This document shows, in pieces, positions 53,580 to 64,000 of a stretch of DNA of 64,000 bases. The stretch is taken from assembly GCA_963845755.1 (NCBI GenBank), contig CAWJTV010000040.1:32001-96000 (forward strand), in the 5' to 3' direction. Source of the stretch: an uncultured Planctomycetota bacterium (GTDB taxonomy: Bacteria > Planctomycetota > Planctomycetia > Isosphaerales > Isosphaeraceae). The position numbers and the translations under genes were made by a program. How positions within the stretch are numbered: position 1 is the stretch's first letter; every line of letters begins with the position of its first letter. The notes under the pieces were generated by a model, which worked only from the letters and a program-made list of their open reading frames with translations, did no database searches and had not been told where the DNA came from.

Positions 53580-56234
53580 CTAGCCCAACCCGTAGAGGAG
53601 ATATGGGGCCCAGAAAATCTCGTGGTCGAACCGACCGTCGGCGGACTGCCGCAGAGCTTTGACCGCCTCCTTCAGCGACACCGCAAATGCATTCGGCTCG
53701 CGGTTTGATGCGTCGAATACGTTCCGCCTCAGAGCCGCCGCGTAGTGCGAGGCAAACTCGGCAGCGGCCGCGTCGGCCAGCCACCACATCGCGCCAGACA
53801 TTCGCCGGCACCCGCGGACGGCGAGGGCCGCGAAGAACCCCTCTGCTTGACGGTCGGCATCCTCTGATTTCAATTGGGCGAGGAGGCAACAAGAGGCGTG
53901 AAACAGCCAGCACCCCCGGAAGTCATACTTGTCCGCCACGATCCGGGCGGCGGTCAACGGGGCGTCGCACAGGAAAAGCCCCGGGCTGTCGATCTGGCCC
54001 ACTCCCTCGAGCTCGTCCAGTGCCGTACCGCCATGGCAGGCGGCCCATACAACGGTCGCGTCAGACAGGGCCGTCCGCATGTTGTCTCGACTGGCGTAGC
54101 GGCCGAGGTCCGACGGGTCGGAGGTCAGGTCGCCGAATACCTGCCACCGATTCGCCCCGCTGGCGGCGACCACGTTTCCAACTTCCTCGGCAACGCCAGA
54201 GATGTCATCCCCGAAACGGTACTCTCCGCTTATGCCGGTCGGGTTGGCGAACAACGCTCCCCGTAGGGGCACCGGCCCCTCAAAACGGGTAGATTGACGA
54301 TCCTCGATCTGTTCAAGCGTGTGCAGCGTCCGTAGGGACAGGCCGTACCGTACCGACCCGACGGCGTCGAGGAGTGGTCGTCTGCTCAAACGGACCCAGG
54401 CCGCGTGCAACGGGAGTTGATAGAGCTGCACGTCCGGTAGGAGCACCAAGTGGAGTGTCTCCCACTTTCCGGGGTCTGGCTCGATGTGGTCGAGCAGCTG
54501 GTCGAGCTGCATGACCCGACCTAGCTCCACCATGAGACTGGCGGGGGGACGAGGGTAATCGTCGGTCGGGCCAGACCGCGGCGGCCACTCACAGACCAGG
54601 GGCTCGAGCTCCGTGACGGGGTTGTCGGTGCCGTACCCAGTCAGCCGGTCGAGTTGCTCGCGGAGGTTGTCGGCCGAAGTGCCAAGGGTAACGAGCGGCT
54701 CGGGCAAATCCTGTTCTGTCGTATCCGTACTCCCGACGGCGGGGGCGACACCGACGACGGATAATGCCTGCGACCACTGCTTGGTGAGGCGATTGATTTC
54801 GTGCCAGACGCCTTCGATCACGAAGTATCCGTTGGGGGCAAGTAACTCCGTTGGCTGGCCATCCGGCCCGCGACGGACCGGGACGACGTACAGGTCGTAA
54901 TTGACGAAGTCGAACAGGACGTAGACGGTGTTCGGGTAGCCGGCCGGGGAGGCCGACAACCATGCGGTGAGTTCGTCGGACAGGAGCGGACCGACCACCG
55001 GCCGTTCGGCAGGTTTGGGGTCGTCGGGGAGTTCGACGACGCAGACGGGCAGCCGGCCCGACTCATCCGTGCAACGCCGCCCTCGTCTGATCCCCGACAG
55101 GCTTCCGATAGGGCGGGATACTCGGATGGCCCATTCCTCTTCGTCCGCAACCCACGTTCCGACAGACGGAGGAGAGGGTTGGTGGGCGTGGCGGTGGAGG
55201 GCCTCACGGACCCAGAACGCTTTGTTGCCGTCCAGGAACTCGGTGCCGACGAGTTGGCTGTGATCTTTCCACGACAACTCCCCGTTCTCGTACCGTCTGC
55301 CTTGCGAACGAAGGCCTTCCTCAAATATGCCACTGTGATCGCGCAGCTTCGCCACAATATGATGGGGTGAGCTGCACTCGTCCGTTAACCACCACGCGAG
55401 TTCGAGCTGTGCCAGACGGTAGTACTTCACCGCCGTGCCGTACTGCTTCATGTTCGAATAAACAAAACCTATCCCTCTATATGCAAAACATTTCAATTCG
55501 CTTAGTGAGTCATCCATTCGATCGACCATTTCAGCGGCCTGACGCAAGTGCGGCTCGGCCTCCAAGGGCGAGCCGGTCGTGGCCAATAATTGAGCGTGTT
55601 GAAAATAGGCATGGAATCTGGTGCGTGCGAGCAACTCTGGGACGTCACGCGACTCGTCCGAGGTGACCGACCCAGTAGCAGTCCTCAACCCGTCTGCCAG
55701 GTCGGCTGCTCGCGTCAGGTACGGCTCGGCTTCCTTGGTGCGTTGATGCCTGAGAAGGAAGTAACCGTAGTTTTCGAAGGCGCGGCACCGGATGATTGGA
55801 CCCACTGCTTCGCTGGTGGGATCCATCTTTTCGCTGAGCTGAGCAGCCTGATACAGATACTGCCCGGCCTCCGATACGCGATCGGCTTCCTCGCACTTGT
55901 GGCCGAGCTTAACGAGAAAATCGACGCGTTTGTAGTCGTATCTGATCCTCTGAACCAACGCCGCCATGTCCTCGATGACGTCCCCTGTCGTGACCACAAC
56001 GCCCTCGACACCCACCATCATCTCGCTGTCGATTATGACAATAGATTGAGATTGGTTATCGTCTGCTTGAAGTACGCCAATAGCTGGAGTGTTGCTTGCG
56101 TGGACTTTGAGACTGGATCGAATGTCGGGTAGTTGTGGATCTTCCTTGGCCTCCTGCACCTGGTCAAGGGGGGCAATCCGCACGACTTCCGAGGGGTGCT
56201 TACGGGCCGACGGCTTCCTCCGCTTCCTGGCCAT
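53580..56234 (-). CDS. TPR-like repeats plus CHAT (caspase-like) domain protein
   Basis: LLPDVQLYQLPLHA, ACHG, HASCC, GAMWWLAD, FWAPYLLYG; N-terminal helical repeats. Confidence 0.85.
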   Translation of the reverse strand: MARKRRKPSARKHPSEVVRIAPLDQVQEAKEDPQLPDIRSSLKVHASNTPAIGVLQADDNQSQSIVIIDSEMMVGVEGVVVTTGDVIEDMAALVQRIRYDYKRVDFLVKLGHKCEEADRVSEAGQYLYQAAQLSEKMDPTSEAVGPIIRCRAFENYGYFLLRHQRTKEAEPYLTRAADLADGLRTATGSVTSDESRDVPELLARTRFHAYFQHAQLLATTGSPLEAEPHLRQAAEMVDRMDDSLSELKCFAYRGIGFVYSNMKQYGTAVKYYRLAQLELAWWLTDECSSPHHIVAKLRDHSGIFEEGLRSQGRRYENGELSWKDHSQLVGTEFLDGNKAFWVREALHRHAHQPSPPSVGTWVADEEEWAIRVSRPIGSLSGIRRGRRCTDESGRLPVCVVELPDDPKPAERPVVGPLLSDELTAWLSASPAGYPNTVYVLFDFVNYDLYVVPVRRGPDGQPTELLAPNGYFVIEGVWHEINRLTKQWSQALSVVGVAPAVGSTDTTEQDLPEPLVTLGTSADNLREQLDRLTGYGTDNPVTELEPLVCEWPPRSGPTDDYPRPPASLMVELGRVMQLDQLLDHIEPDPGKWETLHLVLLPDVQLYQLPLHAAWVRLSRRPLLDAVGSVRYGLSLRTLHTLEQIEDRQSTRFEGPVPLRGALFANPTGISGEYRFGDDISGVAEEVGNVVAASGANRWQVFGDLTSDPSDLGRYASRDNMRTALSDATVVWAACHGGTALDELEGVGQIDSPGLFLCDAPLTAARIVADKYDFRGCWLFHASCCLLAQLKSEDADRQAEGFFAALAVRGCRRMSGAMWWLADAAAAEFASHYAAALRRNVFDASNREPNAFAVSLKEAVKALRQSADGRFDHEIFWAPYLLYGLG

Positions 56235-56727
56235 GAGGTCTCACCCTTTCTTGAGGACGCGCCCCTACCTTGGAGGCCATTTCGGCGGAGTATCCCAACG
56301 CCTTGACGAACTCGACGACCGCCCGTTCCCGAGCGTCTGCGGGGAACAGAGACGCCAGTTCGCGCAACATCTGAGGCAACACCTTGTCCGGAGAGAGGGT
56401 CGCTTTGTACGCCACTTTCTGGGCGGCCCGCGAGGAGCCGAGCGACGACCGGACTCCGGCTCTCACAAGCGGGGTCGGCTTCCCGCCGTCAAACTGCATT
56501 TCGCGGAATACCCCTTTGGCCACCCCGTTCCGTAGGGTTGTGGCCACGGTCGTCAGCGCGGGCTCTGGGAGTCCGAGTTCCCGCCGGCGGGCGGCGACCT
56601 TATCCCTCACCTCGGACAGGTAGGCGGCCTCGCGGCCCTCGGCGGTGAGGCTCCAAAGACCTTGCAGGACTTCCACTTCGGCGAACGTGGGGGTGACGAC
56701 CGTCGGCTTATCCACGCGAGACCTCAA
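56200..56727 (-). CDS. BlaI/MecI/CopY-like winged-helix regulator
   Basis: 'AEVEVLQGLW...TTVATTLRN..KG...YKA'. Confidence 0.6.
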   Translation of the reverse strand: MRSRVDKPTVVTPTFAEVEVLQGLWSLTAEGREAAYLSEVRDKVAARRRELGLPEPALTTVATTLRNGVAKGVFREMQFDGGKPTPLVRAGVRSSLGSSRAAQKVAYKATLSPDKVLPQMLRELASLFPADARERAVVEFVKALGYSAEMASKVGARPQERVRPHGQEAEEAVGP

Positions 56728-56747
56728 AAAAACTGGCGGGTACTTGA

Positions 56748-56764
56748 TAACTAATCTCTAGTTA
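56748..56764. promoter_or_regulatory. Putative operator palindrome in the divergent promoter region
   Basis: TAACTA-N5-TAGTTA within an AT-rich segment. Confidence 0.4.
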
Positions 56765-57065
56765 CCGTAGTATAAGTCAGTCACAGAACCCATAGTAACG
56801 ACAGGGAGCAGCGAAGTCCAGTAGAAGAAGTCCCCGAAGCTCGGCAAGGGATGCGAACTGGTTTCCGTCCGTCTTGCTTGAAAGGTTGAATCCCCGGGGA
56901 GTAGCTGCCCCGTTCCTGTTCAAGCGGAACCCGAAACCATCGGGAGGATCGCCGTGCGCGCCTCCAAGGCCCGGAGCCAACACCCGTGACTCCCGCCGCA
57001 AAGCAACGACCCTCAACCCGGATCTCCCGCACCACCACGTTCAACACCTTGAGAAGGAGCCCTCG

Positions 57066-59001
57066 ATGCCTCGACAACGAAAGCATGCGTACCAGATCGA
57101 GAAGTTGAATCAACTGGAAAACCGCGCCCTCATGACGGCCCGGATCGCCGCGTCCGTCATCCCCGAGACCTCCCCCTGGAATGTCCGGAAGCCGATCATC
57201 GCGGTCCTCGACGGACCCACCGGCTCTGAACACGCGGCCGATGTCGTCAATGTCATTCAACGACGCATTTATGCGTCCGGCCTGTCGCCGGGGAATGTCA
57301 CCATCATGCAACTGGTGGTCGAGGACCCCGCTGGCCGTGTCATTCCCGCCGAACTCATCCAGGCCGTGGCTTCCGCGAAGGCGAACGGGGCCACGGTCGC
57401 GAACCTGAGCTTTCGCTTGGATTCGCTGCGTCCCGAGGATTGGGACGCCCTGGCCGCCGCAGCCGGGGATCTCCCGCTGGTCGTTGCCTCAGGAAATGAT
57501 GGACAGTCCTCGACGTTGGCCGTGTCGCTGAAGGCGAAGGGCTTTAATGCCCTTGTCGTCGGCGCTTCTGACGGGCATGGTCGCCGCTCCTCGTTCAGCG
57601 ACTACGGACCGGGCATCATCTTCGCACCGGGGCAGCGGCTCCGCGTGAATGACCCCGTCTTCGGCCGTGGTCTGGTGAGCGGGACATCGTTCGCGGCGGC
57701 TAACAAGTCGGCGGAGATGGCTGTCATCGCCGCGAGACATCCCGAGTTGAGTCCGGACCAGGCCGCTGACCGAGTGCGCCGCTCCGATGCCACGGTCTGG
57801 GGCCCCGAGGAGGGATTTTCCAAGGACTCGCTCCATCGCCGCGCGGCTGTCGCCAATACAATCGGGGGCAGTCCTGGCACCTTGGCTGGTGCGAAGAGTG
57901 ACCAGCTTAGTTGGCTCAGCCACGCCATCGGCGGCATCACCAACACCTTCAAGGGGGTCTTCAACAAGCTTGCAGACACCCTCAAGAAGATCGACAGTGG
58001 AATCGGGGACCTTTTCCAAAACCTGATTCCGTCGAAACAAAGTATCAAGCGCGTTCTGAATGCACTCGTGCATGGAAATCTATTGGATCTCCTCCCGACC
58101 GTGGAGGCTCTCGGATTCCACATCAGCAGTGACAACTACGGCGAAGTCGTCAATGACCTTGCCCGTAAGTATGGTCGCGGCAACGTCTATGTCGCCTCCC
58201 AGGACTTCGTCCGGTGGTTAGGCCCCCCGACGATGATCAGAGACGGCTTGGCGATTGGCGCTACCGGAGGGGTCGGTCTTGCATTGACAATTGACGACGT
58301 GAAAGCTCACGTCGAGCAAGAGTGGCCACCCCTTCGCAACTGGCTGATCAAGCGGGGCATTGACAATGTTCGACTCCGTCTTGAACTCGATCGTCTCGGG
58401 CTCCTCCGAGGATAACCCCTACTTCGCGATCAAGTGGCCTCACTTCTCGGTCCGCTACAAGGCCAGTTACGTCTTCGGCGCCATCAGACCAACAGTGACC
58501 CTCACACACTACGGTTTCGCCGTGGTCTTCAAGAGTCCCGGGTCGTCCAGCCAGTCATCCAACCCCCCGAGTGCGCCTCCCACGGCAAGCGGCAACCAGC
58601 CTCCTGCAACGTCCCCCCCGGGCGGCAGCAACCCGACCCCGGTATCGCCTCCCCCGCCTAGCGACCCCGGGCCTCCCGCTAACATCACCATCGCCAAGGT
58701 TGAAGGGAAATTCCCAGATTACGTCGCCATCACAAACTCTGGTGAGAACCTCGATCTCGAGAATTTCATCCTCAAGGAGGGCAACAACTCATTCACGTTT
58801 CCGGCCATCACCATTGGGGCTGGCCACACCATCCGGGTGTACTTCGTGAGTGACAATGACTCTTACCGCCTCGGCCAGGCCGAGACCGCCAAGGGGCCAG
58901 AGGACCTCCTCTACCAAGGTTGGGGAATAAGTTCTGGGGAGGTTGTCGACTTTTTGGATCGACAGGGGAATGTCCTTAGCCAAGTTCAGGCCACGGACTG
59001 A
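57066..59001 (+). CDS. Secreted S8 subtilase with a Pro-rich linker and C-terminal lamin-tail-like domain, frameshifted near 58370
   Basis: LENRALM leader; AVLD, EHA, ASGND, SGTSFAA; 'DYVAITNSG..LDL..F.L...FTFP..TI.AG'. Confidence 0.75.
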
Positions 59002-59219
59002 CGACTGGTCACACCCGGGACGAGTAGGAGGCGACTCTCTCCATGGCCCCGGGTCTGAAGCTCTGGGGCGAACCAACTATCTGATGAGGCGGCGAGGCGC
59101 CTGGGAGGAGCTGATCCTCTCAGGCGTCGCTTGTTTGCTGAGCACCCGCTCACGTCCGCTCCGCCAGCCTGCTGAACGACCGTCACGGTGAAGATCGTTG
59201 TTTTTTTCTCCGTTGCTAT

Positions 59220-59270
59220 CGGAACCCCGTATCTTTTGTCCTGGTCTTCACTGAGGAAACTAACCGGCAT
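59220..59270 (-). pseudogene. First codons of a Tn3-family transposase
   Basis: MPVSFLSEDQDKRYG, divergent from the resolvase across an AT-rich res-like gap. Confidence 0.55.
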
Positions 59271-59409
59271 ACGGTCCACCGCGTCGCAAAAGTTGTAAGT
59301 TGTGCGACGCCAGCATGCTGGACGGAAACGCTTCACTTTTCTCGTTGCAAATCATAGGAGCAGAATGCTATGGTTTCGCAACATCATTTGCAACAGCTTT
59401 TTACCACTT

Positions 59410-59985
59410 ATGTATATTGGGTACGCCAGAGTATCGACTGAGGATCAAAACCTGGACATTCAGGTCAACGCCCTCAAGCAGGCCGGTTGTAGAATTATCT
59501 TCCAGGAAAAACTCTCCGGAGCGCACCGCCAACGCCCCGAACTCGCCAAGCTGCTGGAGCAACTCCGCGAAGGAGATGCGGTCGTGATCTGGAAACTTGA
59601 CCGGCTTGCCCGCTCGACCCGCGACTTGCTCGATATCGCCGATGCCACCGCCAAGGCTGGTGCTGGACTCAAATCGCTCTCCGAGCCCTGGGCGGATACC
59701 ACGTCGCCCGCCGGGCGGATGGTGCTGACTGTCTTTGCCGGCATCGCGGAATTCGAGCGCGAACTGATCCGGGAACGCACCGGAACCGGCAGGACGGCCG
59801 CTATGAAACGGGGAGTGCGTTTCGGGCGGCCCGCCAGCCTGAGTGGGGAGCAGGCCATGCTGGCAAAGCGGCTTATTGACGAAGGCAAATCTGCCAAGGA
59901 AGTCGCCAAGACATTCGGCGTTAATCGCTCAACTGTTTATAGAACAATGGCATCTGTGGGATGCCTAAACGGTGCGATTCGCTGA
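59410..59985 (+). CDS. tnpR: Tn3-type resolvase (small serine recombinase)
   Basis: IGYARVSTEDQ, KLDRLARS, FGRP, C-terminal HTH. Confidence 0.93.
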   Translation: MYIGYARVSTEDQNLDIQVNALKQAGCRIIFQEKLSGAHRQRPELAKLLEQLREGDAVVIWKLDRLARSTRDLLDIADATAKAGAGLKSLSEPWADTTSPAGRMVLTVFAGIAEFERELIRERTGTGRTAAMKRGVRFGRPASLSGEQAMLAKRLIDEGKSAKEVAKTFGVNRSTVYRTMASVGCLNGAIR

Positions 59986-60023
59986 GTCATAATAGATAAC
60001 ATTTCTCAAGAAGGAAAAACACT

Positions 60024-60500
60024 ATGGCCTATCGTACGGTTCCTGAGTTTTCAAGACTTCCGCTGATTCCTTTGTCACAAGCAACTGTGGATGCGTATGA
60101 GGAGATCACCGAAAAATTTTACCATGTCGATGAGGCCGGTATAGCAGGCTTATTAAATATCTTACCGGCTCAAGAACATCTCGAGAGATTAATGAGTGGT
60201 GAGGCTTATACCGGAACATCAGATCCAAACGAGGCCATGAAGGGCATCCTCTATGGCGCTTCACAACATGAAGCTGAAGAAGCTGGCATCTCAGTGCAAA
60301 CAGCCAAACAGATTAAGCACTTGCTAGCATCAAGTACGCTTTTTGATCGTATCCGCAAGAGTTTCAGTTTGGCAGACCCCACACAGAAAGAAGCTTTTTT
60401 GAAAATTATGCCGACGAATTGTCACTCAGAACTTACCAGTGCTGATACCGAGTTGTTTGGTTCTCCTGATGAAAAGGGCAAGAACGCTCTGCAAAAATGA
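60024..60500 (+). CDS. Low-GC hypothetical protein
   Basis: AAGGA RBS; 158-aa ORF. Confidence 0.55.
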   Translation: MAYRTVPEFSRLPLIPLSQATVDAYEEITEKFYHVDEAGIAGLLNILPAQEHLERLMSGEAYTGTSDPNEAMKGILYGASQHEAEEAGISVQTAKQIKHLLASSTLFDRIRKSFSLADPTQKEAFLKIMPTNCHSELTSADTELFGSPDEKGKNALQK

Positions 60501-60685
60501 ATGCTATCATGGCGCATATATCAAGCGACCCTCAAGTATCCGACAAGCTGCAACGCATATGTGAGGCGGTCTATACGATGGCTACTGCCGACACGCCTCT
60601 TACCTATACGGAAGCACTGGCAAGAGTCAGTAAAACTACCCACATTCCGCCTGCGCGTGGGGGCAAAGAGCAATTGGGAGCATAA
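60497..60685 (+). CDS. Low-GC small hypothetical protein
   Basis: ATGA-coupled to the previous gene. Confidence 0.45.
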   Translation: MNAIMAHISSDPQVSDKLQRICEAVYTMATADTPLTYTEALARVSKTTHIPPARGGKEQLGA

Positions 60686-60782
60686 TGGGGCAATCAACTA
60701 CCGTGCGATCTCAACGAAGGAACAACAGCTATTGATCGATGCGCCCCTTCACCGCTTATGTCGGTTTTCTGTTCCGTTACTG

Positions 60783-61094
60783 CCCATACCCCTCATTGAG
60801 GAATGGAAGTCCGCCCGGACGCTCAGGCCGTGGCACCGGGCACAGATGGGCTGCTACTTCCTGCTCGTCGAGGAGGAACTGCGGATTCGTCCGTCGCATG
60901 GCTTCATCGTTCTGGGCGACGACACGCGGCACCGCATTGACAATACCGAGGAACTGCGGGCCTGGGTGCTCGGCCTGGCCGGGCAGATTCGGGCAGCGCG
61001 CGCGGCTGTCGGCGTCCCGATCCCGGTCGAGCCGAAACCGGGGCAGTGCCGGCCGTGCGGGATGCGTGGCCATTGCAGGCAGGCAATGGCATGA
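60783..61094 (+). pseudogene. C-terminal half of a solo Cas4-like PD-(D/E)XK nuclease
   Basis: EEWKS, QMGCY, CRPC-x5-C; GC rises abruptly at ~60800. Confidence 0.75.
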
Positions 61095-61112
61095 GATTAT
61101 TTATAACATCAT

Positions 61113-61829
61113 TTAGGCATCGATTCCGGCGGTTTCAACGGTAGTAGCTTCAGCCAAAGTATCCAAATGGTCTATGAGTTCCACGCCGTTGATCAGTTTG
61201 AGGCGATAAGGAATGTGTGGCTTGATGAAGGGGTCGTCCTTAATCATCGGTGCGAAGTCCGAAGTGGTCGTAACTATTCCCTGAGTCGCATTATGATCTG
61301 ATAGAAGAACTCCAATGAGAGCGCGCACATCGTTGGCCGGAACGAGATGGCCAGGACCATAGGCTTTTACTTGATCGATGATGCGAACCGACCAGTATCC
61401 CCGCTTTACTGCGATGACATCCCTGCCATAGTCGCCGCTACGTGGCGTCAGGATCACCTCGTCGAAACCTGCTCTCTCATAAGCTCCGGCGATTAGTTCC
61501 TCCCACTTGCGGGGATCAAGTTGATAGATGATCGAAGGGTCACGTTTTATCCAACGTGCTATCTCGAACCATGCAGGTGCAACACTCTCGATAAATGCCC
61601 CTTCGTGCGTTTTCTTTCCAAAGGTTACGGCTGCCTGAAGGAGTAAGCCATGATTGAAAATGGCAGATGCAGATACGGAATCCGAAACGTTTATGCTGTC
61701 AGCGACAAATACGTGAAACGTTCGTTCCATTGATCCGCAAGTTGGACATGGTGAGCGCTGCTCGATCGGCAGATCCGCCGATTCGTTCAGAATCGCTCCA
61801 CACCGCGTACAACTTACTGACCTTGCCAT
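61113..61829 (-). CDS. Zn-ribbon plus Mrr-type restriction endonuclease
   Basis: CTRC/CPTC; PRKWEELIA, SGDYGRD, DQVKAY, VTTTSDF, LING. Confidence 0.88.
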   Translation of the reverse strand: MARSVSCTRCGAILNESADLPIEQRSPCPTCGSMERTFHVFVADSINVSDSVSASAIFNHGLLLQAAVTFGKKTHEGAFIESVAPAWFEIARWIKRDPSIIYQLDPRKWEELIAGAYERAGFDEVILTPRSGDYGRDVIAVKRGYWSVRIIDQVKAYGPGHLVPANDVRALIGVLLSDHNATQGIVTTTSDFAPMIKDDPFIKPHIPYRLKLINGVELIDHLDTLAEATTVETAGIDA

Positions 61830-61959
61830 TGGATTCTCTCATGGTAACTGAGCCAGCGTAATAGCCGACCGTTCAAGCGGTTTGATTCTACGAAACCGGG
61901 TTCATAGTGGCAAGATGTTCACAAGCGGTAGGAATACCTCGTCCGACAGAGGAGGTCCC

Positions 61960-62958
61960 TCACAATTGGGAGGCAAGGCATTCGACAAGGTCGGCGAGAC
62001 GATTAACCGCGCTATCCTTGATGATGAGCTTCTGTCCGACCCGGTAGGTCGTGTCCTGGGTCTTGTCGATGTATTCCTGGTCCACGATGCCCTCGCGATG
62101 CGCCAGGAGGTGCCGCTGCTGAAAGAAAACCTTGAGGGCGGCAAGGGACGGAGAGTCCAGGAAGTCCTCATAGCCCTTGCCTGTGGCCGATCGCCAGAGC
62201 GTGCTCGACTCACCGATGTTTTGAAAGAGATTTTTTCGGACGGTGAAGGTGCCGGCGTTCGGCAGGGAATGAAATCTCGCCTCGGCGTAACGCTGAAAAG
62301 AAGCGACGAGCTTGACCAGGCCGTTCTCCAGGATGTGGCGGGCGGTGTTTGCCGCCACATCATCGTCGGCACCGGCCTTCACGGCGGCCATGATGGCAGC
62401 AAGGGAGGCGACGGAGGCGCGCACCGTCTCAACAGCGGCAGCAAAGGTGGTTTTCGCCGAGTTGTGGCCACAGGCGGGGCAGAAGAAAGCGGCGCCGAGC
62501 GAGCTGTAGCGGCAGCCGCAAGACTCGCATGTGAAATGCTGGCGGAGGCAATCCGCAGCGTTTGGAGGTATGACGATAACCGGATGGCCTGGCTGATATG
62601 ACATAGAGAGCTGGATGAAGCCGCCGCGCGGTTGCATGGCGTTGAACCGCTGGCTGTCCTCGGTCAAAGCCGTCCGGACGGTTCTCTCAAGGTAAGCGAG
62701 GCCGGTCTGGCGGATATACCGCCACTGTCCGGGAGTGTTCCACTCGGAGGCTTTGGCCTCGTGGCGGCAGAGGGGGCAATAGGCACCTTCATCCCGGACT
62801 TTATGCTCCCAGTCGTCGAAGAGGACCTTGAATTCAGCCTGGCACTCTTCTGACGGGCAAAGCCGGTCGAGTTGGCCGTCGTCGTCCAGCGGGATTTTGA
62901 TTGGCACAGGGACTCCGCCTTCGAGCCGGTTCAATTCTCGCAGCAGCTTGTCGAACAT
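61960..62958 (-). CDS. Zinc-finger plus HEPN-like protein
   Basis: Four CxxC-type pairs; C-terminal R-x4-H 'RHLLAH'. Confidence 0.65.
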   Translation of the reverse strand: MFDKLLRELNRLEGGVPVPIKIPLDDDGQLDRLCPSEECQAEFKVLFDDWEHKVRDEGAYCPLCRHEAKASEWNTPGQWRYIRQTGLAYLERTVRTALTEDSQRFNAMQPRGGFIQLSMSYQPGHPVIVIPPNAADCLRQHFTCESCGCRYSSLGAAFFCPACGHNSAKTTFAAAVETVRASVASLAAIMAAVKAGADDDVAANTARHILENGLVKLVASFQRYAEARFHSLPNAGTFTVRKNLFQNIGESSTLWRSATGKGYEDFLDSPSLAALKVFFQQRHLLAHREGIVDQEYIDKTQDTTYRVGQKLIIKDSAVNRLADLVECLASQL

Positions 62959-63029
62959 ACGTGTTATGCTCCGCTGACCTTAGCGTCATGCACCTTGGGT
63001 GGACGCATGTTTCCATCATACCGGGCGTC

Positions 63030-64000
63030 GTACCCGTTCATGGGGCGTGATAGCTGGAATTAGGCGGCCTCGATCTTTGGTGGAGTCACCGGGACGAGGG
63101 AGGGGATCGATTGGTTGCTCCGAGCCGCTTCAAAGCACGATGTCAGGTAGCCCAGCACGTCTCGTCCCTGCTGCCGGCACGTGGCCACCACGGTCAACAT
63201 CCGCTCGACGAACCGGCTCCCCTCGCGCTGTCGGTCCCCCCGCTGATCCGCCGCCAGATCACGGCGTGCCGCTCGGCGCCTCCGCCGCATTGTTGTCGGG
63301 AGGCACCCCCTCGACCCGCGCGAAGGTCCACAAGCTCCCCTCCACGCGCAGGATCTCGGCGCACATCCCGCGCGTCCGCGGACATCCGCACCGCGCACCG
63401 TCGTCCAGCGCCGCTTTGACCTCGCGCCTCACCCGGGTCATCGTCGCGCGGAATCGCCCCCGATCCACCCGCTCGGCCTCGAGGCGATGCCACCAGCGGT
63501 ACAACCGATCCGACAGCCTCAACAGTCGTCGGCCGATCGGTTCGGCCGCCCCGCCGCGGTCGATCATCGCCTGGAAATCGCGGCGGAGATGGCTCCAGCA
63601 GATCTGCCGGCCGGCCGCGGCGATCCAGTCGTAGGAACTGCAACGGTCGGTCACCGCGATCGAGCCGTCGTGCGTCCCCAGGACCGCTCGGGCCACCTTG
63701 GCGGTGCGGTTGCGGGCGATGGTGAAGACGGTGAACATCGCGGTCACCGCCGCCCAAAGCCAGGCCTTGCGCCGCTCCTCCCGCCAGGAGGTCTCGTCGG
63801 CATGGATCACCTCCGCCGTGTGGACGGCGACGGCCAGCTCGTTATAGGGGGCCTCCAGCACGGCGGCCGATTGTCGCTCCAGCTTGGAGATCATCCCGGT
63901 GGAGATCGACAGCCCCAACAGATCGCCGGCGAGTTGCTGGATCTGCCGCTTGCTGAGGCGGTAGGCGCCGGCCAGGGTCGCCAGCACGGCCTGAGTGTAC
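63030..64000 (-). mobile_element. IS66-family element (partial, transposase frameshifted)
   Basis: TIR GTACCCGTTCA at 63030; HADET, VTDR, QICWSHLRRDF, DNNAAE. Confidence 0.9.

Noticed and set aside
60783..61094. CRISPR-Cas locus
   Set aside because: Only a truncated Cas4-like gene; no other cas genes or array seen
61830..61960. attC-like site between the Mrr and HEPN genes
   Set aside because: Only an 8-bp direct repeat (CAAGCGGT); no convincing core/inverse-core hairpin

Overview
High-GC window, most likely from a planctomycete (Isosphaeraceae-like, inferred from lineage-typical 'RFSIRTLM' and 'YPWLxVEPDPPEP' proteins, a Planctomycete-extracellular-type signal and DUF1580-like genes). Many genes carry isolated indels, which suggests long-read error and/or decay. 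Nearly all of the window is accessory or mobile DNA. A ~3.6-kb core segment with a WYL regulator lies between two tRNA integration sites: a 5'-half tRNA-Phe abutting an integrase/Xis/replication-protein element, and an intact tRNA-Ile followed by a satellite-like element (integrase, DUF1580, ParB-Toprim, prim-pol/DUF3987). Downstream is a patchwork of nested elements: two diverged IS21-like elements, two MITEs, a RIT remnant, ISAs1, IS3, IS66 elements, a stand-alone large serine recombinase element and Tn3 remnants. Cargo includes TIR-pentapeptide, S1/P1 nuclease, PEP-CTERM, spherulin-4, Y-family polymerase, thermonuclease, TPR-CHAT, S8, Mrr and HEPN genes. Best candidates for undescribed biology: (1) a four-gene IS21 variant with a conserved -1 frameshifted double zinc-finger ORF and a ~320-nt covarying structured RNA after istB; (2) a Cas4/RecB-RNaseH-IS66 transposase fusion packaged like an attC gene cassette; (3) a non-canonical 75-nt tRNA with an AGA anticodon behind a tiny basic ORF; (4) a BlaI-like repressor/TPR-CHAT/secreted subtilase module. 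All family assignments come from motif recognition by eye; no searches were run.
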